A stretch of DNA of 64,000 bases, taken from contig NC_043002.1 in assembly GCF_006345805.1 (NCBI RefSeq), forward strand, positions 107,756,001 to 107,820,000, in the 5' to 3' direction. The notes under the pieces were generated by a model that saw nothing but the letters and a program-made list of their open reading frames with translations, made no database searches and was not told the origin of the DNA. The stretch is from Octopus sinensis. Taxonomy: Eukaryota. Of the stretch, positions 22,253 through 34,489 are shown one piece after another. Made by a program: the position numbers and the translations under genes. How positions within the stretch are numbered: position 1 is the first letter of the stretch; every line of letters starts with the position of its first letter.

Positions 22253-22661
22253 TACTCTTTTACTCTTTACTCTTTTACTTGTTTCAGTCATTTGACTGCG
22301 GCCATGCTGGAGCACCGCCTTTAATCGAGCAACTCAACCCCGGGACTTATTCTTTTGTAAGCCCAGTACTTATTCTATCGGTCTCTTTTGCCGAACCGCT
22401 AAGTAACGGGGACATAAACACACCAGCATCGGTTGTCAAGCAATGCTAGGGGGACACACACAAATATACACACGCATATATATATATACATATATATACG
22501 ACGGGCTTCTTTCAGTTTCTGTCTACCAAATCCACTCACATGGCTTTGGTCGGCCCGAGGCTATAGTAGAAGACACTTGCCCATGGTGCCACGCAGTGGG
22601 ACTGAACCCGGAACTATGTGGTTGGTAAACAAGCTACTTTCCACACAGCCACTCCTGCGCC
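22253..22661 (-). mobile_element. SINE A, full length
   Basis: Reverse complement of family A. Confidence 0.95.
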
Positions 22662-22763
22662 TATATAGAGATTTTATTCATTTAGTCTTTTACCAGGATT
22701 ACAACTATTCTGGACACCTCCTAGCATTTTATATTCATAGAGTCATAACATCTGGCAAAAACA

Positions 22764-23015
22764 GCGGCGAGCTGGCAGAACCGTTAGGACGCCGGGCGAA
22801 ATGCTTAGCGGTATTTCGTCTGTCTTTACGTTCTGAGTTCAAATTCCGTCGAGGTCAACTTTGCCTTTCATCCCTTCATGGGTCCATAAATTAAATACCA
22901 GTTGCGTACTAGGGTCGATCTAATATTAAATTAAATACCAGTTGCGTGCTAGGATCGATCTAGTCGACTGATCCCCCCCCCCAAATTTCAGGCCTTGTGC
23001 CTAAGCATAATTATT
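22764..23015 (+). mobile_element. SINE B2 with an internal duplication of about 39 bp
   Basis: AAATTAAATACCAGTTGCGT(A/G)CTAGG occurs twice. Confidence 0.88.
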
Positions 23016-23052
23016 ATATACCCACGAAGAATACACTGACAACGATGAAAAT

Positions 23053-23111
<59 letters not shown>

Positions 23112-23534
23112 CAGGAAATTATATGCCTAATTATCCCTTATGGGGCCCAAATTAAAACTAATATTATTAAAGAAATTTTGAACATAATAAAAACATCCTT
23201 TAAAAAGAACAATACGTACTCGAAAATATTCTCCAATATTCTACAAGGAAGTAATATTATATCCCCAATAAACAATTTCAAATTAAACAAATTTTATAAT
23301 AATAATTTAACTAATATTAACCATTGCTACAGCAGAACTATCACAAACAATAAACATAACCGTATTTTAAATAAATGCACATATAAAGACAAATCCAAAT
23401 GTAGACTTAATAATAATTGCAATCTAGATAACGTAATTTATAAATGTATAGTAACCTCTAATAATAATAACAATATTAATAATAAAGAATATATTGGATC
23501 CACAGCGAACGAAATTAAAAGAAGAATTTTCTAG
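23112..23534 (+). mobile_element. Penelope-like element remnant: RT-endonuclease linker and GIY-YIG start
   Basis: KTNIIKEILNIIKTSFKKNNTYSKIFSN...KCRLNNNCNLDNVIYKCIV...KEYIGSTANEIKRR (VIY-YIG). Confidence 0.8.
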
Positions 23535-24066
23535 CTGGTGGGATTGCAAAGGAGTAATTCACTTCGAATTGTTACCACCTAATGCAGCAATGAATACTCA
23601 AGTCTACTGTCAGCAATTAGAGCGTTTGAACCAAGCTTTGAAGAAAAAAAAGACCCGCTTTAGTGAATCGAAAAGGAGTGATGTTTCATCAGGACAATGC
23701 GCGACCCCACGCTGCAAAGATCACATGACAGAAGATCGAAGAGCTTGGTTGGGAAAAATTCCTCATCCACCTTATTCTTCCGACCTTGCTCCTTCAGACT
23801 ACCATTTGTTTCGTAGTTTACAGAATCATTTTGGGGACATAACTTTCACAAGCCAAGGAGGAGGTCGAAACTGACATTTCAGAGTTCTTCGCTTTGAAAC
23901 CAAAAGAGTTTTACATTGATGGGATCAAAAAGCTTGTAAATAGATGGAAGGAAGTCATAGATAATCAAGGAACGTACATTAATGATTAAATTTCAATTAA
24001 ATATAACATTTGATCGCTTGTTTTCTTTATTCAAACTTCGGACAGAACTTATGGGATGACCTGATA
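23535..24066 (+). mobile_element. 3' half of a second mariner, with the right TIR
   Basis: WWDCKGVIHFELLPPN..., frameshifted HQDNARPH, PHPPYSSDLAPSDYHLFRSLQNH; ends CGGACAGAACTTATGGGATGACCTGA-TA. Confidence 0.9.
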
Positions 24067-24975
24067 TAATCTGTTTATTTTAATACTTTATATCTTTAAT
24101 TATTTTAAGGGAAACATAGAAGGGATTTTGCCCAGTTCTGGCAAAATATTACTACGATCCTTGTACGAAGAAAAGAAGAAATGACCTCATGACATTTTTT
24201 TCGTGTATTGTTTCGTGTTTGTAATGGATGGTGACATGTGCGCTAGATTTGCGACAGCTGAAGAAGTGCGACGATTATTGTATCTTTTAGAGAGAAACCT
24301 GAAGGCCCGAATGTAAGCGACGACATTATTATGTATGACTAAATAATTTCTAACTGAATTTCTTTCTTTGGTCTCGTTCAGCTACAGGGATAAGACGCAT
24401 TCTTGTCTGTCTCCTGTGAAAGCTTGTTTCTCCAACGTTGAGCACCTCACCTTCTTATGGCTAAACAGCACTTACCGTTTGTTTTGACTGTCCTGTATTT
24501 GTTACCAACTTTGACGCTCCGTAAATTGCAAATTTTATTTAATTTGCTTTGCGGCAGCAACTGCTTTGACGAAGACGTATCCTGTTTGAATGCTCGCAAT
24601 GCGGAGTGGATATATCAGCCGACAACTGAGGAAGCTAAGCTTTTGTGAAACGGCCGCGGGTTTGGACTAATACTTTCAAACGCCTCTTTTAATTTATTTT
24701 CTAGCTTCATAATACACCTTATATTTTTTTAGATTTTTATGTTTATATTGTTATATTTCATATTTATGTTTATATTTCTATACTCCTATCCTGAAAGTCT
24801 TAATATAAATATAAATACAAGCTAAGGCAAACCAAGCGAAACCAAGCCAAGCCATTTTGCCAGCTCTACCACCTTAAATAATAGTAATAAGCCCTAAGAT
24901 GTGGTGCATAAAATTACTAAAAATACCTAATAATTGAAAAAAAAACAGTATTTTCTTGTATTTTGGGTGTGAATT

Positions 24976-25280
24976 GACGACGTGAATTTTCCGAGTCCTC
25001 CCCCCCCCCGCCCCCGTTCGCGAGCGCGTATTTTTTTATATTCATTTATATGTTGTTGTACAGCTATTACACTATTAAAATTTTTTTGCTCGGGTCAAAC
25101 ACTAGAGTTTAAAGATCATGGTCGGACGATGTGAATTTTCCGAGCCCTCTCCCTGACCCCTCGCTCGCGAGCGCGCATCTTTTTCTCGTATTTGTTTACG
25201 GCAAGTTGTTTTACACCTATTACACTATTCATCTTTTTTTTCTTTTTTTTTTTTTTTGCTCGGTTCAAACCCTTTAGTTT
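24976..25280. repeat. Diverged tandem duplication of about 150 bp
   Basis: GTGAATTTTCCGAG...TCGCGAGCGCG...CTATTACACTATT...TTTGCTCGG occurs twice. Confidence 0.8.
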
Positions 25281-25876
25281 CACCTTAATTTCTATAATAT
25301 TTATTTAGATATATTATAAGATTTGATATATTTCTAATTTAATCGTTAATAATTTCCTTAGGTGGAGCATTTTCAATATATATCTTAATTGTACTTTAGG
25401 TATTTGATATTTTAAAAATTATATTTGTAATTTTTATTTTTAAAATGATTTTAAACTTTAAATTTTTAACTTTTACCCGTACATAATAATAATATGCATA
25501 GTCTGAGGACGCACTGGTGGATTTATGTATCAAGTATAGCCTTAATACACACCCCACTAGCGCAGAAATACGTGTAGCTATTACTTGTACTACCTACTTT
25601 CCTCACAGATTAATAACAGGTAAGATATATTTATTTAACTAATTTTATTGTATGATATTTTAATTATTTTATTTGATGTAATTTTCTCTGCGTATACCAT
25701 ACCATGAGGTTATCCTGAAATAGGAGTTGCTTATCTATTTATAAATATCCCAAATTTGTAATAATAATATTATAAGATATACTTTTTACATTTCATTAGA
25801 AAGTGTAAAATAGTAAACTTCCTGATGACTTGTTATTCTCTAATATATTGTAGAATATTCATATTCTATGTTTATT

Positions 25877-26280
25877 GTTCTAGTTGATCCGATCAACAGA
25901 ATAGCTTGCTCGTGAGATTAACGTGCAAGTAGCTGAGCACTCCAAATACACGTGTATCCCTTTGCATACTTCTCAGGGAGATTCAGTGTGACACAGATTG
26001 TAAGAAGGCTGGCCCCTTGAAATACAGGTACTACTCATTTTTGTCCGCTGGAACAACGCGAAATAAAGTTCCAGTCCACTCAGCTGACAAAAAGGAGTAG
26101 TACCTGTATTTCAAGGGGCCAGCCTTCTCACAATCTGTGTCACACTGAATCTCCCTGAGAAGTATGCAAAGGGGTACACGTGTATTTGGAGTGCTCAGCT
26201 ACTTGCACGTTAATCTCACGAGCAAGCTGTTCTGTTGATCGGATCAACTGGAACCTTCGTCGTCGCAACCGACGGAGTGC
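25877..26280. mobile_element. SINE C (M2+T1) folded back into a palindrome with 174-bp arms
   Basis: 25877-26050 is the reverse complement of 26081-26254. Confidence 0.9.
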
Positions 26281-26368
26281 CAGTCTATTGCGTTTATGCG
26301 TCGGTGCAATACAACAATAGTCGAACTGGTGTCTTCATCTTGATTATTGCTTTCCCTACGTCTTTCGG

Positions 26369-26513
26369 CTGTTTCCGTCTACCAAATCCACTCACAAAGC
26401 TTGGGCCAGCCCGAGGTTTATAGTAGAAGACACTTGCCTAAGGTGCCACGCAGTGGGACTGAACCTGGAATCATGTGGCTGGTAAGCAAGCTACTTACCA
26501 CACAGCCACTCCT
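26369..26513 (-). mobile_element. SINE A 5' part, inverted duplicate of the 27380 copy
   Basis: Shares private variants and about 58 bp of flank with 27323-27508. Confidence 0.85.
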
Positions 26514-27379
26514 CTTAATGAGTGATCTTTGTTAATCTACATAATTATCTTTACATAGAGATGAGGCTGAACAATTCTTTGTAAATACCACCCAGCCACC
26601 TTCAGCCCTCTTCAGATGCCTTGTGATTCACCTTAGTGCCTTGCCTAGGAATGAACTCATAACGTCTATGTTATTGCACTGCATTAACCAGAGCCAATAA
26701 TCCACTTGGCTATACCCGTAAGCAATGACAGAATGAAATTTTAAGGCTTAGAAATCTCCATTGATGTCTCATGCCGGTTCTGTACCGATTGGACAGTACC
26801 ATTCCAACTAACGTAAACGGTGTACACAATATAAATTCTTCATCTGAGAAATATAGAATTGGAATTGTGTGTTCCAGAGTTGTTGAATAAATTCTGAAAC
26901 AGTTCAGATTATGTTGTCGTTCGGCGTGAAGCAAAGCAGCAGCGGTAATGATCTATCGATTGAATGATACACACACCATCATAGGGGAACAGCTAAGATC
27001 GAACGAACACAATAAACAGGGAATTTCTGGCTCAAATAACCTATTTCCGATGAGTTGAAATTTATAATCAATATCATTTAATAATCTTAAAGTATTTGAT
27101 CTGCAGATTTTATCGCATCGATTCATTAAAATTCCTTTTCATAGATTGTTATGTCCCTATTACTAAGTGTTTTCGAAATGAACGTTTCTAATTTTGGTAA
27201 ATTATAATTTTGAATATTTTTAACAAAAAATGAAGTAAACATATTTAGCTGAGGAGAGAAAAGAAAAAGAGTTACACGGGGGAAGAAATGTATCAAGCTT
27301 GGTTCATCCTTTTTGCAGCTGTTTCAGCCTCATCTCTATGTAAAGATAATTATGTAGATTAACAAAGATCACTCATTAA

Positions 27380-27756
27380 GAGGAGTGGCTGTGTGGTAAG
27401 TAGCTTGCTTACCAGCCACATGGTTCCGGGTTCAGTCCCAAGGCAAGTGTCTTCTACTATAGCCTCGGGCTGGCCCAAGCTTTGTGAGTGGATTTGGTAG
27501 ACGGAAACTGAAAGAAGTTCGTCGTATATATGTATATATATATATATGTGTGTGTGTGTATGTTTGTCCCTCCAACATCGCTTGAAAACCGATGCTGGTG
27601 TGTTTACGTCCCCGTAACTCAGCGAATCGGCAAAAGAGACCGATAGAATAAGTACTAAGCTTACAAAGAATAAGTCCTGGGTGGGGCCGATTTGCTCGTC
27701 TAAAGGTGATGCTCTAGCATGGCCACAGTCAAATGACTGAAACAAGTAAAAAAGTA
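27380..27756 (+). mobile_element. SINE A
   Basis: Near full length, with a deletion of about 15 bp after the B box. Confidence 0.92.
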
Positions 27757-28134
27757 TAATAGATAATTATAACATACGTCACTAATTATGAGAGAACAAT
27801 TCTTTGTAATGACCACCCAGCCACCTTCTTGGATTGTCGCTAATATCTGCTGCTCGGTTTTTACTTCTTTCTCCAACTAAGAGGTAAATTTCACATAAGG
27901 ACGTTTTATGTGATGCATTCAATACATCCCACCTCTTAATTTATCTAACCAAATTCATGTAATTGGCTCATTTGGGTTTTCTCCCCTAGCTCATATTATT
28001 TTAGTATTAATTAACAGTCAAGTATTGGGAGTTAATTTAATTGGCTGAGTACACCCCAGCGCCATCTAAAAATATTCCGTATTTAGATACGTTCCTTGAC
28101 GCTTTGTGTTCAAACCTCACTAGAGTTCATTATT

Positions 28135-28270
28135 TACATTATTTACATTCGACGGATATTTGTCCTCATCTTGTTTGTTGTTAGCACAACGTTTCGGCTG
28201 ATATACCCTCCAGTTTTCTTCAGGTGTCTTGGGGAAATTTCGAACTGGATTCTCATTCCTAAGGTATTTT

Positions 28271-28272
<2 letters not shown>
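28135..28272 (-). mobile_element. PLE-type terminal remnant, family P5, with a decayed minimal hammerhead
   Basis: Minus strand 28184-28227: CAC-CTGAAGA-A-aaCTG-gagggtatat-CAGCC-GAAA-CG-TT/GTG; stem II is damaged (GG reads AA). Confidence 0.6.
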
Positions 28273-28341
<69 letters not shown>

Positions 28342-28343
28342 CA

Positions 28344-28427
28344 GGGCATATGGCGTAGTGGTTAAGAGCGCGGGCTACTAATCCCAAGATTCCGAGTTCG
28401 ATTCCAAGCAGTGACCTGAACAATAAC

Positions 28428-28482
<55 letters not shown>
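28344..28482 (+). mobile_element. Short tRNA-like SINE or pseudogene with an (AAT)n tail
   Basis: A box TGGCGTAGTGG, B box GAGTTCGATTCC, anticodon-like loop CTACTAA; T and acceptor stems do not pair. Confidence 0.65.
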
Positions 28483-28485
<3 letters not shown>

Positions 28486-29439
28486 GCCCTGATGCAGTAC
28501 CAGGCAGTGGTTTTCATGGCTTTTGATCTTAACTGATTGGAAGTGTTATCATGTACATGTTTTGTCTTGGTATAAAAGATGGGCTACAGCAAATATTCTG
28601 CTAAATACCACTGAAATGTTTGTCAGTTGTTTGATATTAACTAGTTGAGTATATCCCTTGGTGGCTGACGATATGTGCATCTCTGATCACGAGCAGAAGT
28701 AGTGGAGGAGCATCATAGCCATGTGTTGAGAGGGATTCTTTGGGATTTGAATAATTCACCTCTGGAAACATGGGGGGTTCGTTCAACATCTTCAAACAAC
28801 CCTTATTCAGGGACCTTTTGAGCGGTATGGGTTACTGGATCAGAAGAAAATTCTAACTCGGCCCCCACCTGCAAGGTCATACGCTGTTTATCTTGATATG
28901 AGATGACCATGTCGCGCACATATGGTGTACCCTTATCAGACGGGTAGTTATGATGGATATGAAAGACAAATGGTGTAGATCGTTCGGTACCTCATCCTTT
29001 AACTTAGTAGAGATTAATAGTAAGGGTCGTGTTACCCTCATCATCGGACCGCTGGCGAAGTCATTCACCCGGGTTTATACAATCATTTATTAGCAGCAGG
29101 CTTCACTTTTATACCGATTGTCACCGAGATCCTACAGCTGAGGAGTCACCGGATTAATTAATAACCGTATGCTTATGTAGGTGTGTGTATTATCAGTGTG
29201 TCTGTGTATACCAGTAGGTGTGTGTCTGCGTGCGCGCGTGTGCGTGTGTGCGTGTGTGTACGTGTTGATGTTAATGTAGTGTGTATGTGTTATTAGTGTT
29301 TGTTAATGCATGAGTGTGTGTGTGTGTGTTTTGTTATTTCTTTGTTTATTCCTGTATTTTCTTTTGCCATTCTCTTCCCTTTTTATTCATTACCTCCTCC
29401 CCCCTCCTCCTCTCCGTAACTGCTCCGCACCTTCCACGT

Positions 29440-29655
29440 CTCTCTTATTTCTTTATTGCCCACAAAGGGCTAAACACAGAGGGGACAAACAAGGACACAC
29501 AAACGGATTAAGTCGATTACATCGACCCCAGTGCGTAAACTGGTACTTATTTAATTGATACCTGAAAAGACGAAAGGCAAAGTCGACTTCGGCGGAATTT
29601 GAACTCAGAACGTAACAGCAGACGAAATACCGCTCAGCATTTCGCCAGCTAGCGT
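29440..29655 (-). mobile_element. SINE B1
   Basis: Reverse complement of the family B core with the B1 tail. Confidence 0.88.
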
Positions 29656-29778
29656 TTCTCTAACCAGACGACATCGAGGTCATTGGATCACAAAAGGTAA
29701 GTCAAAGGTGTGTATATGCATAGGTATGTGAAGTGTGTATGTGCGTACATGTGTGATGTGTGTGTGTGTGTGTGTGTG

Positions 29779-29854
<76 letters not shown>

Positions 29855-30272
29855 TGTGTAAGTATAATGCGAATACGTGTAGCGCCTGCATATACGTCTG
29901 TGTATGTTCATGCGCGAATGTGATTGTCTGCGTGTGAGTACGTGTGTGTGCGTGCGCGCACATTTTTTCGAGTTACTGTATGTATGTATGTATGTATACA
30001 ATATGTGTGTGAGCACTATGTATACATTCCTGTGTGTACTCATTATTTGTGAATGGCAAGGTGTATTCAAATGTGTGTATATATGTATGTGTACACAAAG
30101 AATGGCATTGAACATTTTAGGCATCTTTTGCTGGCATTCGAGATCATGGCACCGCCACATTCCAGAGCCTGCAGTCCATATTGGCATCTACTAGCATCGT
30201 GATGATGATTATGATGAGGATGATGATGATAATAATAATAATAATAATAATAATAATCAGATAGTTTATATA

Positions 30273-30985
30273 CTCTTTTACTTGTTTCAATCATTTGACT
30301 GCGGCCATGCTGGAGCACCGCCTTTAGTCGAGCAAATCGACCCCAGAACATATTCTTTGTAAGCCTAGTACTTATTCTATCGGTCTCTTTTGCCGAATCG
30401 CTAAGTTACGGGGACGTAAACACACCAGCATCGGTTGTCAAGCGATGTTGACATATATACGACGGGCTTCTTTCAGTTTCCGTCTACCAAATCCACTCAC
30501 AAGGCTTTGGTCGGCCCGAGGCTATAGTAGAAGACACTTGCCCGAGGTGCCACTCAGTGGGACTGAACCCGGAACCATGTGGTTGATAAGCAAACTACTT
30601 TTATTCATTAAATTTGCCATGTAGGTAGCACATAGATAAGGCGAATGATTATGATACAAAAATGATGAAGATGGGAGAAGACAGAAAGCGCCCGCCGACC
30701 CTCTGCTTCTCTAAAAAATTGTTCTTTAAAAACGCATATACTGACGTATTAACCCTCTTACAATTTAAAATACCATACAATTATAAAACACAAATTATAC
30801 ACAAATTGGAGGCGATAAACCTCTACAGTCCTTCCCCGAGTAATTTTCTTGCAACTTGCACGCATTCCTGCATCCGCAATCCGGGGCTCCAAAAAAAGAA
30901 TTCTATAATTCTCGTTTTTACACGAGTCAATTATGAGATCACGAGTCAATTATGAGTAAGCAAGCTACTTACCACACAGCCAATC
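30273..30985 (-). mobile_element. SINE A interrupted by a 356-bp insertion (30601-30956) with a 14-bp target duplication
   Basis: TAAGCAA(A/G)CTACTT at 30587-30600 and 30957-30970. Confidence 0.85.
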
Positions 30986-31850
30986 CGGGAGTAATTTTAG
31001 TAGATGCTGCTGTTGTTGTTCTTGTTTTTCTTCTTCTTCTTCTTTTTACAACTACTACTACTACTACTACTACTGCTGCTGCTGCTACTGCTGCTGCTGC
31101 TACTACTACTCCTACTCCTACTCCTACTACTACTACTACTACTACTATTATTATGCCAAGTCTCATGCGATAGTAATCTAGAGGATATTGTGATTAAAAC
31201 CGGATATGATCACTGGTTCAGCTGAACCCAATTATAAAAATCTCGAAAATGTTGTGAGTTCTTCAAATCTTATAATAAGACAAATGTTTTTTTCTCTTCA
31301 ATAAACGAGAATTAATTAAAAACAGATATTTTTAATAATAATAAAGAAATTTATAAAGTCCTTATTTCTCGGATCTTGAGGTGGGAGTGAAAACCCCCAT
31401 AATTAGTTGATCTAGGTTAATGTATGCCTTCTTAAACCTTCGAATAGCGCGAAATAACGATTTTCATAAACGTTATTGTGTTAAGTAAAATGTCTGTCCT
31501 TAACTAATGCTAATCTATTTTAAGAGAAATTTGAGAGAATTGTGTATAAGTGTGTGTGTGTGTGAATGTGTGTGTGTGGGGGTATGTGAATGCGCGGTGT
31601 GAAAGTGTATGTGAGTGTGTGTGCGTAATAACCAATATAAATGTTGGTTGGTTGGTTGGTTGGTTGGTTAATCTAATCACGCTTTACATAAGAAGGGGAG
31701 AGAGAGTGAAAGACAGATACAGAGGGACTTAACACAGGGTGCAGGGTGAGTGCGCATGATAGACTTGGTGGCAGCCAATGAGTAAAAGAGTGCAACACAA
31801 ATTGAGGAAAAAATCATGGAGATCGAAGAGGAGGAAAGAATTGCCAGAGT

Positions 31851-32044
31851 ATTCTTTTATTTGTTTCAGTCATTTGACTGCGGCCATGCTGGAGCACCGC
31901 CTTTAGTCGAGCAAATCGACCCCAGGACTTTCATCGATGAAAGGCAAAGTCGACCTCGGCGGAATTTGAACTCAGAACGTAAAGACAGACGAAATACCGC
32001 TAAATATTTCGTCCGGCGTGCTAGCGCTTCTGCCAGCTCGCCGC
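31851..32044 (-). mobile_element. SINE B head joined to a SINE A tail
   Basis: 31936-32044 is a B head; 31851-31930 is an A 3' end; same strand. Confidence 0.75.
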
Positions 32045-32122
32045 TTTATCATCCCAAAATTTCTAACAAGAACATAAAGAACTCCTTTAATATGATCATG
32101 TGTATAGCATCTTCTTGTGATA

Positions 32123-32532
32123 TCTTTATATATAAAAGTGAAGTTGTGTGCTGTCTGTCTCCTACGATTTAGATTCCTAACTACTCCCACATTTTGCGGT
32201 GCAGTTTAACCAAAACCGGGTATCTTATAGTCGTGATTCATATCGAGCCCTTCTGGGTATTAGCGCGCGTCTACGATGAGTCTACGATGAGTCTACGATT
32301 TAAAAAAAAATTTACCATCAATTTTTTCCATTTTTAATGCATTTTTGGCAAATATAAGGGAAGTAACTCTCTAAAAATTTATTATTAAATCTCAGAACGT
32401 AAAAAGCTACAGTAACACCCTCCCCCCTTTGTGGTTAGCCATATTGAGATGGCTATTATACTTTACATCTCTAAAAATGCTTATATTGTTATTTCCCTTA
32501 CAAACCCGAGCAACGCCGGGCGATACTGCTAG
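32123..32532 (+). mobile_element. Complete non-autonomous Helitron, 410 bp
   Basis: A|TCTTTATATATAAAAG start; subterminal hairpin CCCGAGC-AAC-GCCGGG; CTAG|T end; no target duplication; inserted at an AT dinucleotide. Confidence 0.85.
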
Positions 32533-32947
32533 TGTTAAATATTTCAGAAATTACAGCTGAGGTACACCATTCCAACAATATTAAATATCCAACAACGAAC
32601 ACCACCGGGAAGTGTGACTGTTTTCATCTTTTATAAAATGTATGTTCGGTTTTCATGTTAAATGTATTGTACGTCCTACACATTGCTTACGTCACATTGT
32701 TTACATGTGTGTCTATCACAATTTACTTTCATCATTTTTAGAAGATTTACTTTCACTTTTTTACGAACGTAAACCGCATAATAACCAAGTAGACTACAAA
32801 GGGGCTTCTAAGACTTGCTAGAAATAGAAGCCAAATTTCTCTTGAAACACGCCCGATCATCACTTTTTATGTAGGGCATAAAACAAAGCTAAATACACAA
32901 TGTCAGTGGGTGGGTTGGTGGGCGTGCGGGGAGGGAACAGCATAGTC

Positions 32948-33366
32948 TATTTCTTTATTGCCCACAGGGGGCTAAACATAGAGGGGACAAACATGGACAG
33001 ACAAAGGGATTAAGTCAATTACATCGACCCCAGTGCGTAACTGGTACTTATTTAATCGACCCCGAAAGGATGAAAGGCAAAGTCGACCTCGGCGGAATTT
33101 GAACTCAGAACGTAGCTGCAGACGAAATACCTATTTCTTTATTCTTTACTGCCCACAAGGGGCTACACACAGAGGGGACAAACAAGGACAGACAAAGGGA
33201 TTAAGTCAATTACATCGACCCCAGTGCGTAACTGGTACTTATTTAATCGACCCCAAAAGGATGAAAGGCAAAGTCGACCTCGGCGGAATTTGAACTCAGA
33301 ACGTAACGACAGACGAAATACGGCTACATATTTCGCCCGGCGTGCTAACGGTTCTGCCAGCTCGCC
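32948..33366 (-). mobile_element. SINE B1 dimer
   Basis: Two units joined at (minus strand) AAAGAAATAGGTATTTCGTCTGC. Confidence 0.92.
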
Positions 33367-33919
33367 GAGGGAACAGCATAGTCACGGCTGGACTGTCTTT
33401 CATCATATGCGTGCTCGATCAGCGCGGATCTAGGGCTGAATAGCAACAATAAACTTTGTGTTTTAAAACGATATCAAGAAGGGAATGTTGACGAGTTACA
33501 GCAATTGGTTGAATAATTATGACCAGATGTTAGCGCGCGCACACACACACACACACATACACAACATGCTTTCGGTTTCTATCAACGGATCGTTTGTGCA
33601 ACCACACATGTTTCAGGAATAATACTAAATCCTTTATGGGGTTTAATCGAAAGATTAACTTGTCGTTTAACTTCAGATCAAACCGGCCTCAGCGCTTATT
33701 ATCGATTTGAAATTGAACCTTCTGGGAGCTGTCAAGTTGCCCCCCCCCCCGTTCCTTAGATCGGCAGCTGGTAGATTCCCATCAGTTTGTGAGAGATTCA
33801 TGGAGGAAATATTTAGAGTTACATGTGGGCGACCACACACACACACACACATACATACATACATACATACATACATACATACATACATACATACATACAT
33901 ACAACATACATACATAGAC

Positions 33920-34085
33920 GCAGGCGTGGCTGTGGGGTAAAAAGTTTGCTTCCCAATCGCGCAGTTCCAGGTTCAGTCCCACTGCGTGGCACCTTCGGCA
34001 CGTTACTTCTTCTATAACCCTAGGTCGAAAAATGACTTGTAAATGAATTTGATACACGGAAAACTGAAAGAACCCCGTCGCATCT
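33920..34085 (+). mobile_element. Old SINE A 5' part
   Basis: Diverged head and body. Confidence 0.75.
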
Positions 34086-34489
34086 ATCAGAAGAAGAACA
34101 ACGACAGCAACAACAACAACAAGACGAAGAAGAAGAGGAGGAGGAGGAGGAGATAGCCGATGAAGTGTCGTTCTTTATGTTACTTGTCCTGTTTTCCTTT
34201 TATTTCGTTGTTTGCGTATTTCATGTTGTTTACTGTTGGTGATGTCCTGTACCCATATATACATGTGTCTGTGTGTGGGGAGAGAGAGAGAGAGATAAAT
34301 AAATGGAGTTAAACGCGGGTGTTATTCAAATCTTTTTACTTCCGACATATGTTTCAAAGAAAACAATTGTATTATTCCATATTATTAACCAAACAGTTTT
34401 GCTAGGACATCCCTTGTTATTAGGGTAATTATCTTATAATTATCCTAATAACAAGGTATATCCTAGAAAATTACCTAGCAAAGGTGTGT

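Noticed and set aside
28344-28420. Functional tRNA-Ser(ACT) gene
   Set aside because: The T and acceptor stems do not pair and it has a microsatellite tail; treated as a SINE or pseudogene.
28483-28955. Possible interspersed repeat following the (AAT)n
   Set aside because: Only one copy in the window and no diagnostic termini, so it cannot be supported from this sequence.
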